Assembly: GCA_046313635.1 (NCBI GenBank)
Contig: JBKBYA010000001.1
Span: 767,481-831,480, forward strand
DNA length: 64,000 nucleotides
Direction of reading: 5' to 3'
From: Pyrinomonadaceae bacterium
Lineage (GTDB): Bacteria > Acidobacteriota > Blastocatellia > Pyrinomonadales > Pyrinomonadaceae
In this document: piece by piece, positions 1 to 10,216 of the stretch
Layout: each line of letters starts with the position of its first letter
Position numbering within the stretch: the stretch's first letter is position 1
The notes under the pieces: generated by a model
What the model was told of the DNA's origin: nothing
The model's database searches: none
What the model saw: the letters and a program-made list of their open reading frames with translations, nothing else
Translations under genes and position numbers: made by a program

Positions 1-1
1 G

Positions 2-346
2 GCACCACCCTTTTTCCCTTCTTTCCCCCATGTCCGCCATCCTCTACTCACCCCACCCACCCCCACCCCCTCCCCCCCCCCCCGGCCGGCGGCGCGTCAC
101 GACGACAAGAGCGGCTCCGCCCCGACGACGCGCGATACGGCGAGCCCGACGCCGCTGCCCGTGCTGCCGGTCTACGCGCCCGAGATCGTCGACGAAGAAG
201 AGGCCCTCTACGAGATGCGCGCCATCCCGCTCTACTTTCCGACGTCGTACTCGCTCGTCAAACCTTACGTCGACGGTTTTGACATCAACGCGCTCGACAG
301 CCCGCTGCTCAAGAGAGTTTCGATAGACGCCGCGTGGCGGCCGTAG
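2..346 (+). CDS. 3' fragment of an ABC transporter substrate-binding protein (family 5-like), truncated by the window edge
   Basis: Frame 2 is open from the window start to TAG at 344-346. The C-terminus AIPLYFPTSYSLVKPYVDGF resembles the tail of Opp/Dpp SBPs (compare AVPLTINATNWMKKPFVKGL in the next gene). The first ~85 nt are low-complexity poly-C and unreliable. Confidence 0.6.
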   Translation, partial: APPFFPSFPHVRHPLLTPPTPTPSPPPRPAARHDDKSGSAPTTRDTASPTPLPVLPVYAPEIVDEEEALYEMRAIPLYFPTSYSLVKPYVDGFDINALDSPLLKRVSIDAAWRP

Positions 347-373
347 GTCGGCCCCGACCTTAAGGCTTTATGA

Positions 374-403
374 TTGACTGTCTTGCGGGTCGGCAGGTAT
401 AAA
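374..403 (+). promoter_or_regulatory. Putative sigma70-type promoter for oppA
   Basis: TTGACT-N18-TATAAA about 100 nt upstream of ATG 505. Confidence 0.4.
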
Positions 404-504
404 CGTTGCTAAGAGTACCGCAAGACCAGAGCTCGTTCCGGACGCGGTCGGCCCCCCAAGCTTCTCCCGGCAGCAGTGAATTGCGAATAGAGACTCCTAT
501 TGTC

Positions 505-2556
505 ATGAGAGCGTCCTTTATCAATCGTGTCGTCGCCGCTCTGCTGCTGGTATCGACGGTCGGGCTGCTCGCGGCCGGCTGCGGCGGCCCTGCGTCGTCC
601 AAGTATTTTGGCCACACGGTCCCGCCGAGGGACAACGTCCTCAGATACATCTCCGGCTCCGAGATCGAGACGCTCGACCCGCAGGTACCCGACGGGCAGC
701 CCGACGCGCGAATTCTGATGTCGCTCTACGAGGGCCTCGTCGAATATCACCCAAAGACGCTGCAGCCGGTCGCCGGGGTCGCAAAGAGCTGGGAGACAGG
801 GCCGCGCGTCGACGAGTTCATCTTTCACCTCCGCGACAACGCACGCTGGAGCGACGGCACGCCGATCACGGCCGACGATTTTGTGTACAGCATTCGCCGC
901 GGCTTCGACCCGGAGACACTGTCGAGGACGGCAAATCTCGGCTATTTCATCAAATACGCCGAGGCCTTTAACAGCGAGAGCGTGTTTGTTAAAAAGGGCG
1001 ACGCGTTCCTGCTGGCAAAGGATTTCGGCGGAGACGAAAGGGAGCCTTCGCCGACCTTCGGGCCCGAGACCGAGTTCAGCAAATTTCTCCATTCGCCCGA
1101 ACGCCTCACCTTGCCGGCCGACGAAAAGAAGCGCAACAAAATTCTAGACAAGGATCCCAAGCTCAAGGCGGCCGTCGAGGGCGCCGAGCTTGTGCCCGTT
1201 CGCGGCGAGGACATCGGCGTCGAGGCCCTCGACGACTACACGCTGAGGATCACTCTGCGGCAGAGCGCGCCGTTCTTTCTCGGGCTGCTTGCGCATCAGT
1301 TCTTCAGGCCGGTGCCTCGCCACGCGATCGAAAAGTACGGCAAGCTCTGGACGCGCGCCGACAATCTAGTGTCGAACGGCCCATTCAAGATAAAGCTCCA
1401 CCGGCCGTACGACATTTTGATCGTCGAGAAGAACCCGAACTACTGGGATGCGGCTAACGTCCATCTGGACGCGATCGAGTTCTACCCGGTCGAGGAACAG
1501 GCGACGACGGTCAACCTGTACAAGGCCGGCGAGGTTTACGCCTTTCTCAATCACGCCGTGCAGTCGTCTTGGATCGAAACGGTCAAGCAGTACAAGGACG
1601 AATATCTGAACTTCCCCGAAGCGGCCGTGTCGTACTACGGGATGAACGTCACACGGGCGCCGTTTGACAACGTGAAGGTCAGGCGCGCTTTCAGCCTTGC
1701 GGTCGACCGCGAGGCGCTCGCCAACTTTCGCCGCGTGACAAAGCCGCTCTATGCGTTCACGCCGGCGAAGATATTTCCCGATTTTGACGCGGCGATGCAA
1801 AAGGTGGGAGACGACATCCGCAGGAGCCGCGGCCTCACGCCCGAGCAGTGGAAAAACTATTACGGCTTTGACCCCGAGCTCGCGCGACGGCTCTTGAACG
1901 AGGCCGGCTTTCCGGTCGAGAGGACGGCGAACGGATGGGCCTGCCCGACGTTCCCGGTCGACAAAGTTGCGCTCACATTCAACACCGCCGAATCAAATCG
2001 CCAGATCGCCGAGTTCGTACAGGCGCAGTGGCGGCAGAATCTCGGCATCACGGTCCAGCTCCAGAATATGGAGTTCAAGAGCTTTCTGCCCTACAAGAGC
2101 CAGCTTCAGTACAACGGCTTTGCACAGCTCCTGTGGTCGGGCGACTATATGGACCCCTTCACGTTCCTGAGCCTCTTTTATACGCAGCAGAACAGCGGCG
2201 ACACCGGATTCTACGATCCGAAGTTTGACAAGATGCTCGACGACGCCAACGCCGAGCTCGACCCGCAGAAGCGGTACGAAAAATTGGCCGCCGCCGAGCT
2301 CTACCTGCTCGACCAATGTCCGGCCGTGCCGCTGACGATCAACGCGACGAACTGGATGAAGAAGCCATTCGTCAAGGGCCTGTACCCGAACGCGACGACG
2401 CTGCTGCCGTGGAAGTTCGTCTACATCGAGCGGGACGAAACGAAGTGGGACCGCGACGTCGAGAACATAATGGACACGACCGACCCAAAGGTCGAGGCGC
2501 AGCTTCAGCAGCTGATGCGGGACCAGGTTCAGCAAATGGCCCAAGTGCCGCGGTGA
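505..2556 (+). CDS. oppA: Oligopeptide ABC transporter substrate-binding lipoprotein
   Basis: Lipobox LAAGC, LYEGLV and WSDGTPITADDFVYS family 5 SBP motifs, first full gene of a BCDF operon. Start placed at ATG 505 (MRASF). Confidence 0.92.
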   Translation: MRASFINRVVAALLLVSTVGLLAAGCGGPASSKYFGHTVPPRDNVLRYISGSEIETLDPQVPDGQPDARILMSLYEGLVEYHPKTLQPVAGVAKSWETGPRVDEFIFHLRDNARWSDGTPITADDFVYSIRRGFDPETLSRTANLGYFIKYAEAFNSESVFVKKGDAFLLAKDFGGDEREPSPTFGPETEFSKFLHSPERLTLPADEKKRNKILDKDPKLKAAVEGAELVPVRGEDIGVEALDDYTLRITLRQSAPFFLGLLAHQFFRPVPRHAIEKYGKLWTRADNLVSNGPFKIKLHRPYDILIVEKNPNYWDAANVHLDAIEFYPVEEQATTVNLYKAGEVYAFLNHAVQSSWIETVKQYKDEYLNFPEAAVSYYGMNVTRAPFDNVKVRRAFSLAVDREALANFRRVTKPLYAFTPAKIFPDFDAAMQKVGDDIRRSRGLTPEQWKNYYGFDPELARRLLNEAGFPVERTANGWACPTFPVDKVALTFNTAESNRQIAEFVQAQWRQNLGITVQLQNMEFKSFLPYKSQLQYNGFAQLLWSGDYMDPFTFLSLFYTQQNSGDTGFYDPKFDKMLDDANAELDPQKRYEKLAAAELYLLDQCPAVPLTINATNWMKKPFVKGLYPNATTLLPWKFVYIERDETKWDRDVENIMDTTDPKVEAQLQQLMRDQVQQMAQVPR

Positions 2557-2603
2557 CGTTCGGTGCAGCTCCGCACCGGCAGCCGAGATTGAAAATAGAA
2601 TTG

Positions 2604-2786
2604 CGGGCTTTGCCCATCTATTTGCGGAAAAGCTCTGCTTTTCCGCAAGGAGGCAAGATCGACAAGCGGCTATGCCGCCGCTTGGACAGTCGAGGCCCGC
2701 AGACGGCGGCGGCACAGCCGCGAAGAGTTTTTGTTGAGCGATGACGGAAAAGCAGAGCTTTTCCGCAAATAGAGCGGCGGAGCCGC
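2604..2786. repeat. REP/REPIN-like doublet (copy 1)
   Basis: ATTTGCGGAAAAGCTCTGCTTTTCCG (2620-2645) and its inverted copy CGGAAAAGCAGAGCTTTTCCGCAAAT (2745-2770). Each arm is itself a palindrome. The same element recurs at 13934-14097. Confidence 0.8.
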
Positions 2787-2821
2787 AGGCTTGGAGTCAG
2801 AGATCTTTTGAGGCGACACGA

Positions 2822-3739
2822 ATGCTTAGCTTCATTCTAAAAAGGCTTTTGATCATCGTCCCGATGGCGCTGCTTGTCGTGTCGCTGACGTGGGGACTCG
2901 TGCGGATGGCTCCGGGAACCTTCTACGATCGCGAGCGAAAGCTGCCCGCGGCGGTCGAGGCGAACATCCGCAAAAAGTACGGTCTCGACGAGCCGTGGTA
3001 CAAGCAGTACGGGATGATGATGTCAAACGTTATCCGCGGCGACTTTGGCGCCTCGCTTCGCAACCCGGACCGCACGGTCAACGATATGATCGCGACGCAC
3101 CTGCCCTACTCTGCGACGATCGGCGTGCTCGCCTACTTGCTGGCGCTGCTGATCGGCGTCGCGGCCGGGACGCTCGCGGCGCTCAAGCAGAATTCGGCGC
3201 TCGATTACGGATCGATGTCGCTCGCGATGTTGGGACTGTCTGTGCCTAACTTCGTGCTCGGGCCGCTGCTCGTGCTGGTGTTTTCGTTCTGGCTTTACTG
3301 GTTTCCGCCGGCGCGCTGGGGCGGCCCGTCGGCTCTCGTGCTGCCGGTCGTAACTCTGGCGGCGATCTACGCGGCGTACATCGCCAGGCTGACGCGGGCC
3401 GGGATGCTCGAGGTGATGCGCTCGGACTACATCCGAACGGCGCGTGCAAAAGGGCTTAGCGAAAGAACGATCCTGCTGCGTCACGCGCTGCGCGGCGGAT
3501 TGATCCCGGTCGTTTCATTCACCGGCCCGGCGCTCGCCGCGCTGCTTGCGGGAACGGTCGTCGTCGAGCGCGTGTTTGCCATTCCGGGCCTCGGCAACAT
3601 CTTTATCCAGTCGGTGCTCAATCGCGACGAGCCGGTCGTGCTCGGGATCGTTGCGTTCATCTCGATCCTGATAATGGTCTTTAACCTTTTGGTCGACATC
3701 TCGTACGGATTTCTCGACCCGCGGATCCGCTACGAATAG
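2822..3739 (+). CDS. oppB: Oligopeptide ABC transporter permease
   Basis: DYIRTARAKGL EAA loop and multiple TM segments. Start at ATG 2822 (MLSFILKRLL); the upstream ORF extension is translated repeat. Confidence 0.93.
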   Translation: MLSFILKRLLIIVPMALLVVSLTWGLVRMAPGTFYDRERKLPAAVEANIRKKYGLDEPWYKQYGMMMSNVIRGDFGASLRNPDRTVNDMIATHLPYSATIGVLAYLLALLIGVAAGTLAALKQNSALDYGSMSLAMLGLSVPNFVLGPLLVLVFSFWLYWFPPARWGGPSALVLPVVTLAAIYAAYIARLTRAGMLEVMRSDYIRTARAKGLSERTILLRHALRGGLIPVVSFTGPALAALLAGTVVVERVFAIPGLGNIFIQSVLNRDEPVVLGIVAFISILIMVFNLLVDISYGFLDPRIRYE

Positions 3740-3745
3740 AGAGTT

Positions 3746-4708
3746 ATGGCCGAAACCATCGAACCGATAAGAGGCGTATCGCTCTGGCGTGACGCATGGC
3801 GGCGTCTGCTGAGGAACAAGCTCGCCGTCTTTGGCCTCGTCGTGATGACCGCGATGCTGCTCGCGGTGATCGTCGGCCCGGCGATCATCAAGTGGGCGAC
3901 CGGCTACACGTACGATCTCATCCCGAGCGAAAGGGAACTCGTCCGCTCGATGCCGCCGTCGCTCAAGCATCCGATGGGAACGGACGACGCGGGCCGCGAC
4001 ATCCTCGCACGCGTACTGCAGGGCGGCCGCATCTCGCTGATGGTCGGCATCATCTCGACGCTCGTGAGCCTGATCGTCGGCGTCTCGTACGGCGCGGTCG
4101 CCGGCTACCTCGGCGGCCGCATCGACAACGTGATGATGCGCGTTGTCGATATTCTCTACTCGATACCGTACATCCTGATCGTGATCGTGCTGCTGTCGGT
4201 CTTTGGCGGCGCGAATACGCCGAACTGGATCCGCTCGCTGGCCGAGACCTTCGGCGGTGCGGGCAACCAGGGACTGGCGCAGATATTTCTTTTGTTCTTT
4301 GCGCTCGGTCTCGTCTCTTGGCTGACGATGGCGCGTGTCGTTCGCGGTCAGATACTTAGTTTGAAGAATCAGGATTTTGTGATGGCGGCGCGTGCGACGG
4401 GCGTTTCGACATTCGGCATCATCTTTCGCCATCTCGTGCCGAACGCGCTCGGGCCGGTGATCGTTTACGCGACGCTGACGGTGCCGAGCGTGATGCTGAC
4501 CGAAGCTTTTCTCTCGTTCCTCGGCATCGGCGTGCAGCCGCCGTATGCGTCGTGGGGCAGTCTTGCGAATGACGGCATCCGCAATCTCGCGATCTTTCCG
4601 TGGCAGTTGATCGCTCCGGGCGTGACGATGGCGCTCGCGCTGTTTTCGCTGAACTTTATAGGCGACGGCCTCAGGGACGCGCTCGACCCGCAGACGAGGA
4701 AGTTTTAG
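3746..4708 (+). CDS. oppC: Oligopeptide ABC transporter permease
   Basis: HPMGTDDAGRD, DFVMAARATG EAA loop, GDGLRDALDP terminus. Confidence 0.93.
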   Translation: MAETIEPIRGVSLWRDAWRRLLRNKLAVFGLVVMTAMLLAVIVGPAIIKWATGYTYDLIPSERELVRSMPPSLKHPMGTDDAGRDILARVLQGGRISLMVGIISTLVSLIVGVSYGAVAGYLGGRIDNVMMRVVDILYSIPYILIVIVLLSVFGGANTPNWIRSLAETFGGAGNQGLAQIFLLFFALGLVSWLTMARVVRGQILSLKNQDFVMAARATGVSTFGIIFRHLVPNALGPVIVYATLTVPSVMLTEAFLSFLGIGVQPPYASWGSLANDGIRNLAIFPWQLIAPGVTMALALFSLNFIGDGLRDALDPQTRKF

Positions 4709-4710
4709 AA

Positions 4711-4788
4711 AGTGTGAACTTGAACGGTGACGTAAGAGCTAACGAGCAATTACCTCCAGTTCACCCTTCACAGCTCACACTTCATACT
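4711..4788. repeat. Degenerate heptamer-array inverted repeat in the oppC-oppD spacer
   Basis: AAGTGTGAACTTGAACGGTGA ... TTCACCCTTCACAGCTCACACTTCATAC (TGAA-type units facing TTCA-type units). Confidence 0.5.
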
Positions 4789-4789
4789 T

Positions 4790-5824
4790 ATGAATGGTAA
4801 CGGCACGATACTCTCGGTCAAGGACCTTGCGACCTACTTCCGGACCGAGGACGGCGAGGTCAAGGCGGTCGACGGCGTTTCGTTCGAGCTCAAAAAGGGC
4901 GAGACGCTCGGCATCGTCGGCGAATCGGGCAGCGGCAAATCGGTCACCAATCTCTCGGTGATGCGTCTCATCCCCGAGCCGCCGGGCAAGATCGTCCGGG
5001 GCGAGATCATCTTTGACGGCACGGACGTCTGCGCGATGTCGATCGACGAGATCCGCAAGATCCGCGGGCGGCGCATTGCGATGATCTTTCAGGACCCGAT
5101 GACGTCGCTCAATCCGTTCCTAAAGATCTCGACCCAGCTCGAGGAGGTTACGCGGCTTCATCTCGGTCATACAAAACAGCAGGCACGCGAGCACGCCGTC
5201 AAAATGCTCAAGCTCGTCGGCATTCCCGATGCCGAATCGCGGATCGACAATTACCCGCACGAGTTCTCCGGCGGCATGCGCCAGCGAGTGATGATCGCGA
5301 TGGCGCTCTCTTGCGACCCTGAGCTGCTCATCGCCGACGAGCCGACCACGGCGCTCGATGTCACGATCCAGGCGCAGATCCTCGAGCTGATCAAAGACCT
5401 CAAAGAGCGGATGGGCACGAGCGTCATCCTGATCACGCACGACCTCGGCGTCGTCGCGGGAATGACCGACCGCGTGATCGTGATGTACGCGGGCAAGGTG
5501 TTTGAAGAGGCCCCTACACGCGAGCTCTTTAACACGCCGGCCAATCCGTACACGATCGGTCTGCTGAGAAGCGTGCCGGATCCCGCGCACGAGCAGGGAA
5601 CCGAGCTCTACCAGATCCCGGGTTTGCCGCCCGATGTCGCGCACCTGCCGCCGGGCTGCCCGTTCCAGGAGCGGTGCTACCGCGTCGAGGACGTCTGCCG
5701 CCGCGAGTTTCCGCCGTTCGTGCAGATCAATGAACGGCATCGCTCGCTTTGCCACTTTGCCCGCGAAGTGTACGAGGATTCAAAGATCAACCCGCCGACG
5801 ACGGCGAAAGGGAGAGCCGCATAG
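4790..5824 (+). CDS. oppD: Oligopeptide ABC transporter ATP-binding protein
   Basis: Walker A GESGSGKS, signature FSGGMRQR, Walker B LIADEPT, C-terminal GCPF..RC oligo_HPY region. Confidence 0.95.
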   Translation: MNGNGTILSVKDLATYFRTEDGEVKAVDGVSFELKKGETLGIVGESGSGKSVTNLSVMRLIPEPPGKIVRGEIIFDGTDVCAMSIDEIRKIRGRRIAMIFQDPMTSLNPFLKISTQLEEVTRLHLGHTKQQAREHAVKMLKLVGIPDAESRIDNYPHEFSGGMRQRVMIAMALSCDPELLIADEPTTALDVTIQAQILELIKDLKERMGTSVILITHDLGVVAGMTDRVIVMYAGKVFEEAPTRELFNTPANPYTIGLLRSVPDPAHEQGTELYQIPGLPPDVAHLPPGCPFQERCYRVEDVCRREFPPFVQINERHRSLCHFAREVYEDSKINPPTTAKGRAA

Positions 5825-5838
5825 ACGCATCGAGATAG

Positions 5839-6876
<1,038 letters not shown>

Positions 6877-6976
6877 CGCCGTTTGTTCACAGCAGGCTGC
6901 CGCGCGCCCGTTTGTGAGCGAGGAACGGCGGGCAGACGTCCGCCTCCGAACGGCGGCGTTTTGTTTGGTCTAAAAA

Positions 6977-7004
6977 GAAAAAGGCCCGGCAATGGGGCCT
7001 TTTC
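6977..7004. terminator. Bidirectional rho-independent terminator
   Basis: GAAAAAGGCCC-GGCAATG-GGGCCTTTTC between convergent genes. Confidence 0.65.
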
Positions 7005-7031
7005 GATGCAGGATAACCGAATCAAAGCTGA

Positions 7032-7598
7032 CTACGCCGCGCCGCCCGCGGTGCGCGACGAGCCGGTCGTGCCTTCTCCTTGGTTTGCAAATGTATTTCT
7101 GAGCGCCTTTACGCGGTCGTGGGCCATCTTCACCGACTCGTACTGGTCCCGGACGACCGTCATCACGTTTGCCGGCAGATCCATCTCACAGGCAGCCCTG
7201 TAATTGTCCTTGGCCGAGTCCTCACCGCGTTCGGCCTCGTTGAGGATCGCCTCCTCGTCGCGGCCGGTCACGGCCGACTTGATGTTGATCCAGCCGCGAT
7301 GCAGAGCGCCGGCCATCGAACCGCTGTTCTCCGGGTCGCCGCCGAGCTCGCGAACGAGCGTCTGCAGCTCGCCGGCGAATTTTGCCCTCTGCTGCGAAAA
7401 CTCGAAAAAGAGCGATTTGATATCCGAACGCTCCACGCCGTCGGCCGCCTGTCTAAATCCTTCCTGACCGTCCTTGCAGGTCTCGATCAGATTGTTAAGC
7501 GTCGAGATGACGTCGTCGTTGGTCAGGGCCCGATCGCCGCCGAGATCGTTCTTGGCCGGGTTGGTGATCGAGTTTCTCGCTTCGTAATCATTGATCAT
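7032..7598 (-). CDS. PA2169 family (DUF2383) four-helix bundle, ferritin-like protein
   Basis: LNNLIETCKDGQEGF, GALHRGWINIK, EAERGED motifs; GAGG RBS. Confidence 0.88.
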   Translation of the reverse strand: MINDYEARNSITNPAKNDLGGDRALTNDDVISTLNNLIETCKDGQEGFRQAADGVERSDIKSLFFEFSQQRAKFAGELQTLVRELGGDPENSGSMAGALHRGWINIKSAVTGRDEEAILNEAERGEDSAKDNYRAACEMDLPANVMTVVRDQYESVKMAHDRVKALRNTFANQGEGTTGSSRTAGGAA

Positions 7599-7655
7599 TG
7601 CTGTTCACCTCGTGAGTATTGATATTCGCGTCGTTACGCATCCTATGTGAGGGAC

Positions 7656-7671
7656 AACAACCGATGTGCCA
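7656..7671 (-). promoter_or_regulatory. Possible sigma54 (-24/-12) promoter for the PA2169-family gene
   Basis: Minus strand TGGCACATCGGTTGTT versus consensus TGGCAC-N5-TTGC (one mismatch at -12). Confidence 0.35.
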
Positions 7672-7948
7672 CGCGAGAATCGTCCATACATTGCAGCGTT
7701 TACGAGGCGGCGAACGGCTATCGGTCGCCGGAGCGCGACAACGGATGTATCGAATTTGTTCATTACCGGGGAAGCGCCCGAGTGTGGCTCGACAAACCCT
7801 GGGCGATAGGCGAACATCAGTCAAAATGACCGTCTGCGAAGACTGAAACGGCCGCGCAATTAACAGTATTTTGAACTCGAACGATCCATGATCTGAGAGT
7901 TGTTGTTGAACTTCCTCGGTGGGGAATTTCGGCTCTCGGTGCATTTTG

Positions 7949-10213
7949 ATGAGCAGCAGCGAACCCTTAAAAAACACGCTCCGGTCCGTCATCGGCGAGC
8001 TCGCCGCCGAGTCGGGACTCGCCGTCGTCATCGCCGACGACGCGGGCCGCGAGATCGCGGCGGCCAACAACAACTCGATCTGCGCCCTGCTCTATCACTC
8101 GTCAGAATTTGGGCCGCGATGCGCCGAATACTGCGGTCGTGCATATGCGTCGGCGGTGCAGGCGGGCGGTGCCGTGGGATACGAGTGCCACGCCGGACTC
8201 GAGTGCCGCGCTCTCGCCCTTCAGGGCGAGGGCGGCCGGCCGCTCGTCGCGATCATCGGCCGGACGTTTCTAAAATCAAAGAACTATCGCAACGCGACCG
8301 CGCGCTCGATCGGCGGCGACTGGCGCAAGTTCCCGGCGACCGAGCTCTTTGAGAACGTGATGCTCTCGACCTCGCCGGCGCCGCTCGAGCGCCTCGAGCG
8401 TGCGATCGGCAAGATCGATCTGGCAGAGCTGACGCGCGGCGAGACTGCCGCGGGCACGGCCTCGGCAGCCGACCGTCCGGCCGCCTCCCCGCGCGACGCG
8501 GAACGGGTCGAGCCGATAATCGAGATACCGACGGCCGACGAGACCGACGCCGCCGGCGACGCGGGCGCGTCGCCCGACATTTTTGAGATCTCGTCGTCCA
8601 GCCTAATGCCGCTGCCGGCCAAGCGCGGCAAAAAGGGCGAGCAGGCGCCGCCGCCGGCTCCCTCGACGCCCGCCGTCGATCCTTTTGAGTCCTCGCTGGT
8701 CAACTTTAATCTCGATCTCACGAGTGCCGCGCAGCGCCGCGAGATGAACGACCGCGAGGCCTGGCGCGGCCTCATCGGGTCGCTGCTTCAGGTCTCGTAT
8801 CGCGGGGCCTGCCAGCGGATACTCGAATTTCTCTCTAAGCACTACGGCATCGAGTCGTCGGTCTGGCTGCAGCCCGAGCGGAACGAGTTTGAGGTCGTGG
8901 CGACGTTTGGCGAATTCAAGGACCGCCCGATCCGCATCGGCATCGCGGCCGACGACAAGCGGATCCGCGCCGCGGTCAACGACGATTCGCCGATCGTGCT
9001 CAAAGAGCGGCAGGCCGTCAAGACCGCCGACCGCCGTGCGATACAGCTCTTTCCGGTAGTGATCGGCGGCGAGGTGCGCAACGCTCTGGGCGTCGCGGGC
9101 AGCTCCGTCGATCACGAGCTCAACAGCCGGATCGTGAAATTCTGCCGCTACGTCGCCTCGCGGCTCGAGATACTGCGCCTGCGCGAGCAGGTCGCCGAGC
9201 GCGATCGGACGCAGCGCTTCATCCGCGAGTTCAACGAGCAGCTCCGCAATATCGACTCGGACAACTTCTGGCACGAGTTGACGGCCGTCTCGGCCGAGCT
9301 GCTCGGCGCCGAACGAGCGTCGCTGCTGCTGCCCGACCGCGAAGAGCGTCTCGTCGCAAAGGCGTCGATCGGAGCGCGGGCCGATCTCTCGTACGTCGGC
9401 GGGATCGGCGAACGCGTGGCCCGGGCCATTCTCGAAAAAGGCAAGCCCGTGCTCGTTACCGGAATGTCGCGCGCCGCCGTGCCGCCCGCGCCCAAGGAGC
9501 GCAAGTATAAGACGTCTTCATTCATCTGCTACCCGATCATGCTGGGCGACAAGGCGGTCGGCGTGATCAACTTTACCGACAAGATCGACGGCGGCTCGTT
9601 TGACCGCCGCGACATCGAGGTGCTCGACTCGATCGCGCCGCAGCTCGCGGTCGCCATCGACCGCACGATCCTGCGCGACAAGGCCGGCGAGTACGCACAG
9701 CTCTCGATCACCGACACGCTGACCGGCCTGCTCAATCGCCGCTACCTCGAGGAGCGCTTTACCGAGGAGATACTCCGCTCAAACCGTACCGGCGACGCCG
9801 TGAGCTGCATGATGCTGGACGTTGACGAGTTCAAGTCGTACAACGACAAGTTCGGCCATTCGGCCGGCGACGAGGCCCTCAGGATCGTCGGCCGCGTGCT
9901 GCGCGAGACGCTCCGCGGCGCCGACGTGCCGGCACGATACGGCGGTGAGGAATTTGCCGTGCTTCTGCCGCAGACGTCGGCCGAGGAGGCCGAGGTCATC
10001 GCCGAACGCGTCCGCCGCAATATCGATATGACCGAATTTCCAAAGCGGCGCGTCACGGTGAGCATCGGCGTCGCAAGCCGCACGTCGACGCTCAATAACG
10101 TCCCCGACCTCATCGACGCCGCCGACAAGGCACTCTACCAGGCTAAGCGCCTCGGCCGCAATTTGGTCAAGACATTCGATCCAACGGAGGACCAGGGCGA
10201 AAAGGTCCACTAA
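7949..10213 (+). CDS. Diguanylate cyclase with N-terminal PocR-like sensor and GAF domains
   Basis: Cys-rich N-terminal domain (C..L......RC...C, YECHAGL) typical of PocR; GAF (ICYPIMLGDKAVGVINF); intact GGEEF with RGAD I-site. Start likely ATG 7949. Confidence 0.88.
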   Translation: MSSSEPLKNTLRSVIGELAAESGLAVVIADDAGREIAAANNNSICALLYHSSEFGPRCAEYCGRAYASAVQAGGAVGYECHAGLECRALALQGEGGRPLVAIIGRTFLKSKNYRNATARSIGGDWRKFPATELFENVMLSTSPAPLERLERAIGKIDLAELTRGETAAGTASAADRPAASPRDAERVEPIIEIPTADETDAAGDAGASPDIFEISSSSLMPLPAKRGKKGEQAPPPAPSTPAVDPFESSLVNFNLDLTSAAQRREMNDREAWRGLIGSLLQVSYRGACQRILEFLSKHYGIESSVWLQPERNEFEVVATFGEFKDRPIRIGIAADDKRIRAAVNDDSPIVLKERQAVKTADRRAIQLFPVVIGGEVRNALGVAGSSVDHELNSRIVKFCRYVASRLEILRLREQVAERDRTQRFIREFNEQLRNIDSDNFWHELTAVSAELLGAERASLLLPDREERLVAKASIGARADLSYVGGIGERVARAILEKGKPVLVTGMSRAAVPPAPKERKYKTSSFICYPIMLGDKAVGVINFTDKIDGGSFDRRDIEVLDSIAPQLAVAIDRTILRDKAGEYAQLSITDTLTGLLNRRYLEERFTEEILRSNRTGDAVSCMMLDVDEFKSYNDKFGHSAGDEALRIVGRVLRETLRGADVPARYGGEEFAVLLPQTSAEEAEVIAERVRRNIDMTEFPKRRVTVSIGVASRTSTLNNVPDLIDAADKALYQAKRLGRNLVKTFDPTEDQGEKVH

Positions 10214-10216
10214 CCG

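Noticed and set aside
1..85. Poly-C / C-rich tract and the PPPPPPP ORF 30..326
   Set aside because: Low complexity at the window edge; probably poor-quality sequence or a Pro-rich linker of the frame-2 gene. ORF 30..326 has no protein-like character.
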